Source: Kiritimatiellia bacterium (GTDB lineage: Bacteria; Verrucomicrobiota; Kiritimatiellia; RFP12; UBA1067). Taken from it: a stretch of DNA of 64,000 nt. How positions within the stretch are numbered: position 1 is the first letter of the stretch; each line of letters starts with the position of its first letter. The stretch covers positions 19,154 to 83,153 of the forward strand of contig JAZOQY010000037.1 in the NCBI GenBank assembly GCA_045656285.1, read 5' to 3'. The position numbers and the translations under genes are program-made. Of this stretch, positions 35,190-44,709 are shown piece after piece. The notes under the pieces were generated by a model. The model had not been told where the DNA came from. It was given only the letters and a program-made list of their open reading frames with translations, and made no database searches.

Positions 35190-37742
35190 CTATCTCTTCT
35201 TTGTGGTTGAATCTCCAGGGCGGTAAAACATCAAGACTGCATCCTCGGTCCTGTAAAGGATTTCCTTCAGATCTACAAAGCCTCCGACGCGGCTCCTGTC
35301 GCCGCGATCGAAGCCATTGGGGTAGACGACGTGAAACTCGCCGTCATTCCTGCCTATGCCGTCGATGATCGCTATGTCGAGCGGCCAGATCACAGATTCG
35401 TCATCCCTCATGGAATCGTTCTCTCTTACGACCATGACAGGCTGCGACCTCAAGATCCACTCGCGGATCTTCGCAGACTGGGCAAGAAGCTCCGCCTCGG
35501 TTCTGCACGAAACGAAAACGTCTTCGGGATTCGAAATCCCGAGAGCTTTCGCGCATCTCCCGATCCACGCGGCATTCTCTCCGAATTTCGGGGCTTTGGC
35601 GCCGCGTCTTGAGCCAGATGAGCCATAGCGGCCCGAAGTCCTGCCCTGGGCCTTCGCGTCGGATTCCTCCTCTGTTTTGAAGCGACCCTGCAAAAACCCG
35701 GCATCCTTGAGCAGCGATTCAATCGCCGTGCGGAGCTTCTCGACCTCTGCCATTCTGAATGAAGGACGCGTTTCTGCAGGATTGGAATGGACTCGCGCCA
35801 TGTCTATCGGGCCTGCTGCAGACCGGGAGGACTGGCGCGAGGTCGACCGTCTCGCCTGCGGCGCCGCCCCGGGCACAACGCGGTAGTAGTTGGCGATCGA
35901 CATAAAGGCCAGAAGCGGATTTGAAGAAACGTAAAAGCCGCCTTTTTCGCCAAAATACCATCTCTCGTAATACCAGTTCGCAAAAAGCCTGTCTGACCGG
36001 CCGAAGAGCGCAACCGGCTCGCCGCCGGCGTAATCCTTGGGCAGAGTGATCGACATCTCGTCGTTTCCGTAGCGGACACCCCTGGCGCTTCGCGCGTAGG
36101 AGCGCACGTAATACGTCGCTCCGGGCTTCAGGTCGATAATTCTCGCGTCGTATCTGTCGCGATGGAAGAGAGGGAATGTCGCCCCGGTCCTTTCGGTGGG
36201 ATTCTTTCTCAGCCCGTAGCAGAAGCCGTATTCCGTCAAAAGCGGTTCGCCGCGATAGCGGACGTTCATTCTGGCGCGGAACGACGTCGGCGTCGCCTCA
36301 CCGACGGAGACCATTTCGGTTTGAGGCAGAAGCGAATAATTAAGCTCGGCCGACGTAGCCGCGACCTTCGGCATCGCGAGCGAGAAGGTGCATGTCTTGT
36401 CTTCATTGAAGCGGATGTTCGTTATCTCGATTCCGGCGGGAAGAAGATTGGGAAGAACGGCTTTCGGATCGCTTTCGTGATCGAACCTGTCTCCCGGCGT
36501 GAAATAGGCGTTACCGTTGCTGAGGCCTTTCATGTCAGCGTCGCCCTTCCGGTACGTATAGCAGAGATCGGGAGGCCCCATCATCGGAGAAGTCATCGTG
36601 ACATTGATGACATGAACCAGAAGGCCGTTCGCGGAAACGTTGCCGACCGGCGGCCGTTCGTCGTTGCAGTATTCGATGCAGAAAATGTAGTTGGGATGGC
36701 TTGAGGGAACGAAAAGCCCGAGCGGAGGTCTGGAGTCGGCCCCGGTCATCGGAAAGCGCGACGAACGCGGACTGAGCGTATAGTCGCCGGGCGCGGAAAC
36801 TTTTGGATACGCGGCGGCGGGCACGAACGCGTTGTAGATATAGCGGCAGTAGGCCATGCCGGTAGGACCGTAGGACCATGGCAGGCTCGGAGAGCCTTCA
36901 ACGCCGTCGTGCTCTTCGCTCGCGTGGTAGAAGTCGGGCGCTCCGAGAACGTGGCCAAGTTCGTGAACGAGCGTCCCGCCGTCTGCCGGGTAATCGACCT
37001 GGGGAAGCGAATTAGGCCATAAGGGATCGGCCCAGTGGACTTTGGGGGCGTAGATCTCAAGCCGGTCGATTTTGCCGCTCGCAAGCTCGTACGGCGTCGG
37101 CTTGGGCGGATAGGACGGACGAAGAAGCCTCTCGCGCAGCTCAGGATCGCTCTTCAGGGATTTGCAATACACAAAGCATGTATACGCGCCTTTCCTTGAA
37201 AGGCGCGATTTGCGCATGACAAACTTGAGCGCATCTTCCCTGAGCTGCTTCGCACGCGCATCTCCGCCGCTTTTATACCCTATGAGGTTGTTGCGGACAT
37301 GGTAGCGGCAGTAGTACCCCAGGGGTTTCGGCGCCTCATAGACGACGGGATAGACATCGAGAACCGGCCACGTGATGCCCTGGGAATAATCCTTGAAATA
37401 GTCAGAGATGGAGGTTGAACCGCCCAGCGAGCCCAAGGAGTTCTTGACATCCTGCGGGTCGGGCGTTTCGCAATCGGGGAATGTTATCACAACAAGATCG
37501 ACCTTGAATTCGCCCTTTTGAACGGGTGACGTCCTTACGGGCCTGAAGGTGGCGCTTGTCGTGCGAGAGACCGCCGTCGCGGTAAATTCGCCCGGCAGCG
37601 TACGCCCTGAATCGGCAGATCCGGCGCGCGGATCAGATCTGCCGCGGACGCCGTAGGCGCGCGAAGCGACGGCAGGCTGCAAACCCGCCGCCAGAGCCAG
37701 GAGCAGAGTCAGGGAAACCTTGAAGACTGCGTTCAAAAGCAC
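35190..37742 (-). CDS. Secreted M6 (immune-inhibitor-A)-like zinc metallopeptidase with FN3-like and unknown C-terminal domains
   Basis: 850 aa with a signal peptide. LVHELGHVLGAPDFYH carries the HExxH motif. The C-terminal ~250 aa are unassigned. Confidence 0.7.
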   Translation of the reverse strand: MLLNAVFKVSLTLLLALAAGLQPAVASRAYGVRGRSDPRAGSADSGRTLPGEFTATAVSRTTSATFRPVRTSPVQKGEFKVDLVVITFPDCETPDPQDVKNSLGSLGGSTSISDYFKDYSQGITWPVLDVYPVVYEAPKPLGYYCRYHVRNNLIGYKSGGDARAKQLREDALKFVMRKSRLSRKGAYTCFVYCKSLKSDPELRERLLRPSYPPKPTPYELASGKIDRLEIYAPKVHWADPLWPNSLPQVDYPADGGTLVHELGHVLGAPDFYHASEEHDGVEGSPSLPWSYGPTGMAYCRYIYNAFVPAAAYPKVSAPGDYTLSPRSSRFPMTGADSRPPLGLFVPSSHPNYIFCIEYCNDERPPVGNVSANGLLVHVINVTMTSPMMGPPDLCYTYRKGDADMKGLSNGNAYFTPGDRFDHESDPKAVLPNLLPAGIEITNIRFNEDKTCTFSLAMPKVAATSAELNYSLLPQTEMVSVGEATPTSFRARMNVRYRGEPLLTEYGFCYGLRKNPTERTGATFPLFHRDRYDARIIDLKPGATYYVRSYARSARGVRYGNDEMSITLPKDYAGGEPVALFGRSDRLFANWYYERWYFGEKGGFYVSSNPLLAFMSIANYYRVVPGAAPQARRSTSRQSSRSAAGPIDMARVHSNPAETRPSFRMAEVEKLRTAIESLLKDAGFLQGRFKTEEESDAKAQGRTSGRYGSSGSRRGAKAPKFGENAAWIGRCAKALGISNPEDVFVSCRTEAELLAQSAKIREWILRSQPVMVVRENDSMRDDESVIWPLDIAIIDGIGRNDGEFHVVYPNGFDRGDRSRVGGFVDLKEILYRTEDAVLMFYRPGDSTTKKR

Positions 37743-37749
37743 CTCTTTT

Positions 37750-40365
37750 TCACTTGTCTTTCTTCGCCAGGGTTTTAAGCGTAAGCCCCGCCAAATCGCG
37801 CCCCTTCTCGTGGATCACGAACGAAGCGAGCAGCGCGACGAGAATGCACGCGACCAGACCGAACCCGCCCAGAAGGAAGGGATGGAACTTAAACCCGAAG
37901 ACATTGCAGCCGAGAAGATCGCAACCGAAGCAGACGGCGTAATTGGCGACGAGACCCAAGACCGCCGCGACACCCTTGATGCGCGGCATGAAAACGCCCA
38001 TGAAGAAAAGACCCGTAAGCCCCGCCGTAAGCATCGCGATATACTTGTTGAAATTGTCGAAGAGAGCGCTCGACTCCATTCTCGACAGGGCAAGCGCGGC
38101 GAACACGCCGATAAACCCGATGACATACGTCGATATCTGGCCGCAGCGAATCTGGGCCCTGCCGGAGATCGACGGCTTGAAACGCTTGATGTAATCGGTC
38201 ACGATCGCAGTCGAGGCCGACGAAAGATTGGCGGACAAGGTCGAAATCGTCGCCGCGAAGACCGCCGCTATGACAAGACCCGCGAGCCACGGCGGCATTT
38301 CGGTCGCCATGAACGTAGGCAGAACAGAGTCGCCCTTCGGCATCGTGACGTCTGCGGCTTCGGGGCGGCTGTTGTAGAACGCGAAAAGAGCCATGCCGAT
38401 GCCGTAGAATACAACCTGCGCAAACACGCTCATGCAACCGTTGAACCACAACGAACGCTTGGTCGCGTTCTCGTCTGGGGTCGCAATGTAGCGCTGAATC
38501 ACGCACTGATCCGAAGTGTAGCTCGAAAGGTTGGAAACGAGACCCTGGACGGCAACGACCCAGAATACGGGCTCGGAAAAAATAAAGCGGAAATCCCACA
38601 TCGTATTCTTTTCATGTCCGCTGGCAATATCCCAGAATGTCGAGAAGTGCGCGCCTTCCGGCCCGGTCTTCGCGACAAGAAGAACGAGAACAGCAATCGC
38701 GCCGCCCATAAGAACGATGCCCTGGACGAAATCGGACCAGATGACCGCCTCAAGCCCGCCGAGCGAGCAGTAGACCATGGTCAGGATTCCGCAGATCAAA
38801 ATGCACGCATCGATCGAAATCCCCGTCACGGCGTTGAGCGCGATGGCGGGAAGGAGCGTCACGACCGCGACTCGGCAGATCATGAACACGATGAACGCCG
38901 CCGAACCGAAAAGCCTTACGCCAAGATTGAAGCGCTTCTCGAGATACTCGTACGCCGAGGTTATGCCGAGTCGGCAGAAGAACGGCAGGTAGTAGTAAAT
39001 CGCGACGGGCGCCATGCCGATGATGAAAAACGCCATTATGAAGTAACGCCAGTCCTGGAGATACGCCTGGGTGGGAATGGCGATAAACGTAATCGACGAG
39101 AGCATCGTAGCGAAAATCGACATGCCGGCGACATACCACGGTATTTTGTTGCCGCCGCGGAAATAGTCGTTCTCGTCCTTCTTCTTGAAGATGAAGAAGC
39201 ACGCCATGCCGACCATGAGAAGGAAATAAACTCCGACGACGGCCCAGGCGGCCGCGCCGAACTTGCCGGTCTTTTCGAAGCTCGCTACCGTCACGGAGTC
39301 GGTGCGTTTCGCCGGGGCCACCTCGCCGCCGGCTATGATGAGTTTATAATCTTCGGGAGTCTTGCCGGCGAGGAGCCCGACCGCCGCTCCGCAACGCGGA
39401 GAGTCTTCCTCGGCGAGTTCGCCGTATTCGCACCACGCGTCGGTCACGCAGTTGTAGGCGAGAATCTTGCGCTGCCAGCCGAGCTTTACGGGATCGGTTT
39501 CTTTAGAGCCGTTGATCGCGCGGTCAATCCATCCATTTTCGCCGAAGCCGCCGATCATCAGGATATGCTGATGCCCGCTCGGAAGAAACGCCGCGCCGAT
39601 CGTCGTCGTGTTTTCGGGCAGGTTCGCGAGCGTGCGCCATTCATTCGACGACAGAACGAGCGCGTAACCGTCGTGAAGAGAATTCCTGGTTTCAAGGTCG
39701 TACCCGCCGTAAACGACAAGAATCCTCTCCTTCTGGTCTCCGTTCTGGATGGCCGCGACCATTTGGGAACGCGCGCGACCGGGAATCTCGGCAATGAGGC
39801 TCCAGCCCTTCGCGACATCATCGAGGTCGAGCAGATAGACATTCCTGGTTCCTACGACATAAACCTTGTTTCCGTCGGCGGCGGCCGCGCCGATATCGCC
39901 TTTCCTGACGTCAAAATCCTCCGGCAGAGGAGCGTTCAGCTTCTCGACCTTGCCGCCATCGACCAGAAGAAACGAATCGCGAAAAACATTTGATCCGTCA
40001 GTGCCGCCTGCGCAGAACACGCCTTTTTTGGTTATGCACGAAACGCCTTCTCCGAGAGCGCGCTCGAGCTCGCCGCATTTCGACCATTTGCCGTCTTTTG
40101 AACGGATTGCAATATCCTTACGGAAGAATTTTTGGGGCGAAACGGCTTCCCCTGAGCCGGAACCAGACGGAACTACATCTTTGAAATCGCTTCCGCCGGC
40201 CATGACGAACGAACCGTCCGGCAAAAACCCGTGGAAAGCCCGAGCCGATTTCAGAGGCGCGACCTCCCCGTCCTTCCAGTCGAGCGCAACAGGCGCCGCC
40301 CAAAGAGCCGTACATCCGGACACTGCGAAAAGAAACGGCAAAAGCCTCTTTCTGAAATCAAACAT
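37750..40365 (-). CDS. NanM-like Kelch beta-propeller (sialate mutarotase-like) fused to a sodium:solute symporter
   Basis: The start is ATG 40365 (MFDFRKRLLPFLFAVSGC, a signal/lipobox-like sequence). About 380 aa of Kelch-type repeats are followed by an SSS core (YFRGGNKIPWYVAGMSIFATMLSSITFI...). Confidence 0.8.
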   Translation of the reverse strand: MFDFRKRLLPFLFAVSGCTALWAAPVALDWKDGEVAPLKSARAFHGFLPDGSFVMAGGSDFKDVVPSGSGSGEAVSPQKFFRKDIAIRSKDGKWSKCGELERALGEGVSCITKKGVFCAGGTDGSNVFRDSFLLVDGGKVEKLNAPLPEDFDVRKGDIGAAAADGNKVYVVGTRNVYLLDLDDVAKGWSLIAEIPGRARSQMVAAIQNGDQKERILVVYGGYDLETRNSLHDGYALVLSSNEWRTLANLPENTTTIGAAFLPSGHQHILMIGGFGENGWIDRAINGSKETDPVKLGWQRKILAYNCVTDAWCEYGELAEEDSPRCGAAVGLLAGKTPEDYKLIIAGGEVAPAKRTDSVTVASFEKTGKFGAAAWAVVGVYFLLMVGMACFFIFKKKDENDYFRGGNKIPWYVAGMSIFATMLSSITFIAIPTQAYLQDWRYFIMAFFIIGMAPVAIYYYLPFFCRLGITSAYEYLEKRFNLGVRLFGSAAFIVFMICRVAVVTLLPAIALNAVTGISIDACILICGILTMVYCSLGGLEAVIWSDFVQGIVLMGGAIAVLVLLVAKTGPEGAHFSTFWDIASGHEKNTMWDFRFIFSEPVFWVVAVQGLVSNLSSYTSDQCVIQRYIATPDENATKRSLWFNGCMSVFAQVVFYGIGMALFAFYNSRPEAADVTMPKGDSVLPTFMATEMPPWLAGLVIAAVFAATISTLSANLSSASTAIVTDYIKRFKPSISGRAQIRCGQISTYVIGFIGVFAALALSRMESSALFDNFNKYIAMLTAGLTGLFFMGVFMPRIKGVAAVLGLVANYAVCFGCDLLGCNVFGFKFHPFLLGGFGLVACILVALLASFVIHEKGRDLAGLTLKTLAKKDK

Positions 40366-40416
40366 CACAAGCACCTTTCTTTCTGTAACAATGAGTTCCC
40401 CTGCGGGAATACGAAT

Positions 40417-40425
40417 ATTATACCA
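40417..40425 (-). promoter_or_regulatory. Extended -10 promoter TGGTATAAT (NanM-SSS / M6 / CE15-GH chain)
   Basis: It lies about 45 nt upstream of ATG 40365. Confidence 0.55.
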
Positions 40426-40443
40426 AAAACAACCGCAAAAAAA

Positions 40444-41931
40444 TCATATTAGCGGCGCGCGCTCCAGCACCTTGCCTATCGAATCCCAATCGGGAGCGCC
40501 GGGTTCACGATAGAAAATTTCGTTTCTCGCGAATATCCCGCGCTTGCCGCAGGGAGGATCGATAATTGATATTCCGAACGCTCCCGGATTCGCGGCGACG
40601 GGCGAGTGGACGGTAAGCGCGAAGCGATGCCAGAAGGCGCTGTCGATCAGCCCCTCCGCAAAAAGCCCCCGGACGTAGGCCAAAGCCTCCATCGCCTCTT
40701 CTTCGGTCTCGGTCGGGAACGCATACATCAAATACGCGTGGACGGCGATCCCCGCCGTCCTGAAAGCCTTAAGCACACGCCTTGAGGAAGCGAGCGTGAT
40801 GCCCTTGTTCATGAGCTTCAGGAGCCTGTCGTTGGCGCATTCGAGCCCGCCGGTGACCGCAATGCATCCGGCCCTGGCCATGAGTCTGGCCAGCGACGGG
40901 GTAAACGCCTTGTCGAAACGGATGTTCCCCCACCATTCGCATTTGAATCCGCGTCTGAGAATCTCCTCGCAAACACCCTTGACGAGCGCGGGCGGCATCG
41001 CCTCGTCGACAAAATGGAATTGGGAACCGAGATCCTCCATGGCGTCTACGATCTCTACCGCCTTCGGCATCTTGAAGCATCCGATATAAGGGAGTTTCAC
41101 GTCACAGAACGCGCACTTGCGCCAATAGCATCCGCGCGCCATGACAAGCTTCCGCCATTTGCCCGCGCTCCAGAGCGTCGTGACGAAATTGTCGGTTTCA
41201 ACGACATCGAAATACTCGCTCATGTCGAGTCCGCGATATGACGGCTTCACAAAAACGGGGACGTCCGCCTCGGTGAGCCCGGTATGCGGATCAAGCATCC
41301 TCGCCAAAGGGATGTATCCTTCATCAAGGACAAAATCGTCAAAGTACTTTCTGGGCCGCACATCGCTCATTGAGCGAAGTTCGCTCGAAACGTAGCCTCC
41401 TCCCAGAACGAGACGGACTTCAGGATAGTGCCGCCTGATATAGCGAGCCGCCTTGAACGCCGCCAGGAGAGTCCCCGGAAAAGGACAGGTGAACCCGACG
41501 ACATCAGGGCGGACGTCTTCCATCGCCGCCTTGACATGCGCATGAAGCGAAGAATCCATTACGCTTCTGCGGCGGATCAACCTCTCGAAATCGCCGAAGT
41601 CCCCAATCGCCGCGCAGAGATGCTCGGCATAACGCGAAAAGCCGAATTGCGGATCGATGTTGTCGCGGATCCAGACGGCCAGTTCGTCTATCACGGCGCC
41701 GGCTTCACGCTTCGCCTCGAAGGGAGCGGGGCCCTGGAGAAACTCTATCAGCTCGTCGGCTTCATCGCCTCCGTGTCTGCGAAGCACGTCAAGCGTCACC
41801 TTGATCGAAAGATCCCGTTGATGGACATCAAAACCGCGCGACTCCAGAAAGCCTGTCAAATGCGGCGTAGCGGGATACGGACAATTCGGCTGCAAAAGCG
41901 GCGGAGTCAAAAGCAAAAGACGTTTAGCCAT
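40444..41931 (-). CDS. B12-binding-domain-like radical SAM protein
   Basis: The start is ATG 41931 (MAKRLLLLTPP). GCYWRKCAFCD is a Cx4Cx2C cluster motif, a variant spacing. 495 aa. Confidence 0.7.
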   Translation of the reverse strand: MAKRLLLLTPPLLQPNCPYPATPHLTGFLESRGFDVHQRDLSIKVTLDVLRRHGGDEADELIEFLQGPAPFEAKREAGAVIDELAVWIRDNIDPQFGFSRYAEHLCAAIGDFGDFERLIRRRSVMDSSLHAHVKAAMEDVRPDVVGFTCPFPGTLLAAFKAARYIRRHYPEVRLVLGGGYVSSELRSMSDVRPRKYFDDFVLDEGYIPLARMLDPHTGLTEADVPVFVKPSYRGLDMSEYFDVVETDNFVTTLWSAGKWRKLVMARGCYWRKCAFCDVKLPYIGCFKMPKAVEIVDAMEDLGSQFHFVDEAMPPALVKGVCEEILRRGFKCEWWGNIRFDKAFTPSLARLMARAGCIAVTGGLECANDRLLKLMNKGITLASSRRVLKAFRTAGIAVHAYLMYAFPTETEEEAMEALAYVRGLFAEGLIDSAFWHRFALTVHSPVAANPGAFGISIIDPPCGKRGIFARNEIFYREPGAPDWDSIGKVLERAPLI

Positions 41932-41933
41932 GA

Positions 41934-42833
41934 TCAAGCCCTTGGATGGTACTGGCGGTGCACTTCGCCAAAGCGCCCCGCGTCGACGTGTGTATATATC
42001 TGGGTCGTGCCGATGTCGGCATGCCCCAGCATTTCCTGGATCGCCCTGATATCGGCTCCGCGCTGAAGCATGTGAGAAGCGAAGCAGTGCCTCAAAACAT
42101 GCGGAGAAATCCTGCTCGCCGAAATCCCCGCCGCCGCCGCCCTTTCGCGGATTGTCTTGAAGACGCCCTGTCTCGTAAACGGCTTCCCTAGACGGGTCAG
42201 AAAGACATGTCCTGCGCCGGACGCGGAGCGGGCGAAATGAGGCCTCGCCGAAGCGAGATATTCCTCGAGAGCCTTCGCCGCCGCACCGCCAAGCGGAACA
42301 AGCCGCTCCTTGGAGCCCTTCCCGAGTATTCGCAGCAGCTCGCCGTCCGAGACCACGTCCTCTGTTTTCAGTTCGCACGTTTCGGTCACCCGAAGACCGC
42401 ATCCGTACATTATCTCAAGAAGCGCCCTGTCTCTCAAATCGCGAGGCGTATCGCCTTTTATCCCGTCCAGCATCGCGAACGTCTCCTCTTCGGAAAGCAC
42501 CCGCGGCAGGACACGAGCCTTTTTCGGCCTGTCGACAAGAGCCATGGGGTCTCCGGGAATAAAGCCCCGTTCGCAAAGATAGCGATAAAAGGTCTTGAGG
42601 GCAATCAGACGGCGGGCACGCGTCGCCGAAGACATGGACCTTTCTCGCTCCTTTTTGAAATATGCGTCAACGTCGGCACGAGACACGTCTTCCGCGCAAT
42701 CCGCCCCCTTCGCCTTCATCGCCGCCGCGAAATGAAGCAGATCGCGTCCGTAAGCCTCGCATGTGTTGGCCGCCATCTCGCGCTCAAAGCGCAGCGACCC
42801 GACAAAGGACTCTATGGCGTCGCCAAACTTCAC
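41934..42833 (-). CDS. xerD: Tyrosine recombinase XerD (XerC/D family)
   Basis: HVLRHCFASHML and LGHADIGTTQIYTHV are the catalytic R-H-R-Y contexts. The GTG start forms a GTGA overlap with pnp. Confidence 0.85.
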   Translation of the reverse strand: MKFGDAIESFVGSLRFEREMAANTCEAYGRDLLHFAAAMKAKGADCAEDVSRADVDAYFKKERERSMSSATRARRLIALKTFYRYLCERGFIPGDPMALVDRPKKARVLPRVLSEEETFAMLDGIKGDTPRDLRDRALLEIMYGCGLRVTETCELKTEDVVSDGELLRILGKGSKERLVPLGGAAAKALEEYLASARPHFARSASGAGHVFLTRLGKPFTRQGVFKTIRERAAAAGISASRISPHVLRHCFASHMLQRGADIRAIQEMLGHADIGTTQIYTHVDAGRFGEVHRQYHPRA

Positions 42834-43648
42834 AGTCTCGAAAGGAAGTCTTCGAAAAAGGCTTTCATCAGCGACTTCGCCTCCGCCGCGGCGTCGACGA
42901 CCTCCTGGTGGTTGAGCTCGCGTCGCGAAATGCCTGCGGCAAGATTCGACACAAGCGAAAGCCCGGCGATCTTAAAACCGCACGCCTTCGCGAAAACAGC
43001 TTCGGGGACCGTCGACATTCCGACGACGTCCGCGCCCTGGGCCTTGTAGGACTGGATTTCGGCGGGAGTTTCATAGCACGGCCCGAGCGTGTACGCGTAA
43101 ACGCCGTCCATGGCCCTTAAATCGAGCTTGTTTGCGCTGGCGTGCATAAGTTCGCAAAGACGCCTGTTGTACACCTCGGTCATATCAGGGAAGCGCTCGC
43201 CCCATTCGGGGCGATGAGGCCCGACGAGCGGATTCATGCCGACAGTGTTGATGTGATCGCGGATGATAACGAAATCGCCGGGACGCAAGGCCGGGTTGAT
43301 GCCGCCGGCGGCGTTCGTGACGATCAAGGTCTGGCAGCCCATACGGCGCAGGATCTCGACAGGCAGGACAACACCTTCCCAGCCAATTCCCTCGTAAAAA
43401 TGCCGCCTCCCGCACCATGCGGCGATTCGCTTGCTGCCGCGACGATAGAGAATAAATTCACCGGCATGTCCTTTTACAGTCGAAGCCCCGAGTCCGGAAA
43501 TGTCGCCGTATGAAACCCTCGCATAAACCTCATCCATCGTCAAAGCGTCGCTCCATCCGCTCCCGAGCAGAATACCGATATCGACAGGCCGCGAAAAACA
43601 TTCATCCGGCAGACAACCTGCGGCTTTGTCGAAAAAAGAAATGTCCAT
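42830..43648 (-). CDS. Purine nucleoside phosphorylase (PunA/MTAP-type)
   Basis: 272 aa. HAGEF...RRHFYEG and VGMSTVPEA are present. AAGGAGG SD. Confidence 0.85.
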   Translation of the reverse strand: MDISFFDKAAGCLPDECFSRPVDIGILLGSGWSDALTMDEVYARVSYGDISGLGASTVKGHAGEFILYRRGSKRIAAWCGRRHFYEGIGWEGVVLPVEILRRMGCQTLIVTNAAGGINPALRPGDFVIIRDHINTVGMNPLVGPHRPEWGERFPDMTEVYNRRLCELMHASANKLDLRAMDGVYAYTLGPCYETPAEIQSYKAQGADVVGMSTVPEAVFAKACGFKIAGLSLVSNLAAGISRRELNHQEVVDAAAEAKSLMKAFFEDFLSRL

Positions 43649-43670
43649 TTAAAGCCTCCTTATGACAGGT

Positions 43671-43679
43671 ATTCTACCA
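43671..43679 (-). promoter_or_regulatory. Extended -10-like promoter TGGTAGAAT (pnp-xerD-radical SAM)
   Basis: It lies about 15 nt upstream of the AAGGAGG SD of pnp. Confidence 0.45.
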
Positions 43680-43745
43680 CAACCTTCAACTTCTGCGCAA
43701 CCGACCCTTTACGATGCAGCGCCGCATATTTTATCGCAGCAACCG

Positions 43746-44693
43746 TTATTTGCGCTCCGTATTCGGCGCTAAGGAAAGCCGCTCTCCATCGTCCTTTAAT
43801 TCAAATATCTTCATCCGCTCGTGCGGCGAAGAATTGGGCTGGTGGATCGTAAGGCACAGGCGCCCCGCGAGATCACGGAACACCATCCCATGGCCGCCAT
43901 CCTTACCGTAGAGAATCTCATCCTTTGTCCAGGGGCCTGCGATTTTCCCAGACAGCGACGAACGGACAAGAACGCAATAGCCGCTACCTTTGATGACATT
44001 GGACCAGATCATATAAAGACGCTGGCTCTTCCCGGAACGAAAAAGAAACGGTCCGTCCGTTATTACCCATGCCCCCTTCATCGCGCTTCTGGCATCGAGA
44101 ATCTTTTTCGGGGGCGCGGTAAACGAAGAAAAATCTTCTGAAAGCGGCGCATACTCTATCGTGCCGTTCCAGTTCTGGCACCATTCATGGCAATAGACCA
44201 TATAAGCTTTACCATCTTCGACATACAAAGTTCCGTCAAGAGTCTGTAGCTCCGCCGGCGGCACAGGCCCCTTCTTCACCGGCTTGAACGGCCCTTCCGG
44301 AGAATCTGCGACAAACACCCAAGTGCCTCTAGGCACCAGATTGGACTTGTCGACTTCATCATTCATCGGCTTTATCTCTCTTGCGCTCTTATCCTCGGTA
44401 ATTGTGGCGAAAAGATAATACCGACCTTTGTATTTATGTACCTCCGGCGCCCATACTGCCTGAACCTTAACGTCTTCAGGCAATGTCATAACCATCTTCT
44501 TCTCGGTCCAATCGACAAGATTCGTGCTGACCCTGACCCCGACACCCTTTCCTCCGGACCAGGGCTTCGACTCGTAGAGATAATACTTGCCGCCGTCAAC
44601 CAGGACAAACGGATCGCGAATGCGAAAATCCTTTTCCTGCGAAAACGCAAGATGCGACACAAGAAGAAGGAGTGCTGCAACAACTGTTTTCAT
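43746..44693 (-). CDS. GH43-family glycoside hydrolase (secreted)
   Basis: The start is ATG 44693 with a GGAGTAAG SD. The signal peptide is MKTVVAALLLLVSHLAFS, followed by IRDPFVL. Confidence 0.8.
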   Translation of the reverse strand: MKTVVAALLLLVSHLAFSQEKDFRIRDPFVLVDGGKYYLYESKPWSGGKGVGVRVSTNLVDWTEKKMVMTLPEDVKVQAVWAPEVHKYKGRYYLFATITEDKSAREIKPMNDEVDKSNLVPRGTWVFVADSPEGPFKPVKKGPVPPAELQTLDGTLYVEDGKAYMVYCHEWCQNWNGTIEYAPLSEDFSSFTAPPKKILDARSAMKGAWVITDGPFLFRSGKSQRLYMIWSNVIKGSGYCVLVRSSLSGKIAGPWTKDEILYGKDGGHGMVFRDLAGRLCLTIHQPNSSPHERMKIFELKDDGERLSLAPNTERK

Positions 44694-44709
44694 CTTACTC
44701 CAAAATGCA

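Noticed and set aside
37720-39993. A 757-aa plus-strand ORF antisense to the SSS transporter. Similar antisense ORFs lie at 2756-4276, 9162-10739, 1087-2223, 14885-16279 and 61214-62293.
   Set aside because: All are mirror-frame artefacts opposite genes with clear family signatures. None has an SD, a promoter or a recognisable motif.
41934-42833. A tyrosine recombinase as a marker of a prophage or integrative element. The two tRNA genes as integration hot spots.
   Set aside because: The sequence and length fit chromosomal XerD. The gene is overlapped on both sides by metabolic genes. No phage, conjugation or att-like repeats flank it or the tRNAs.
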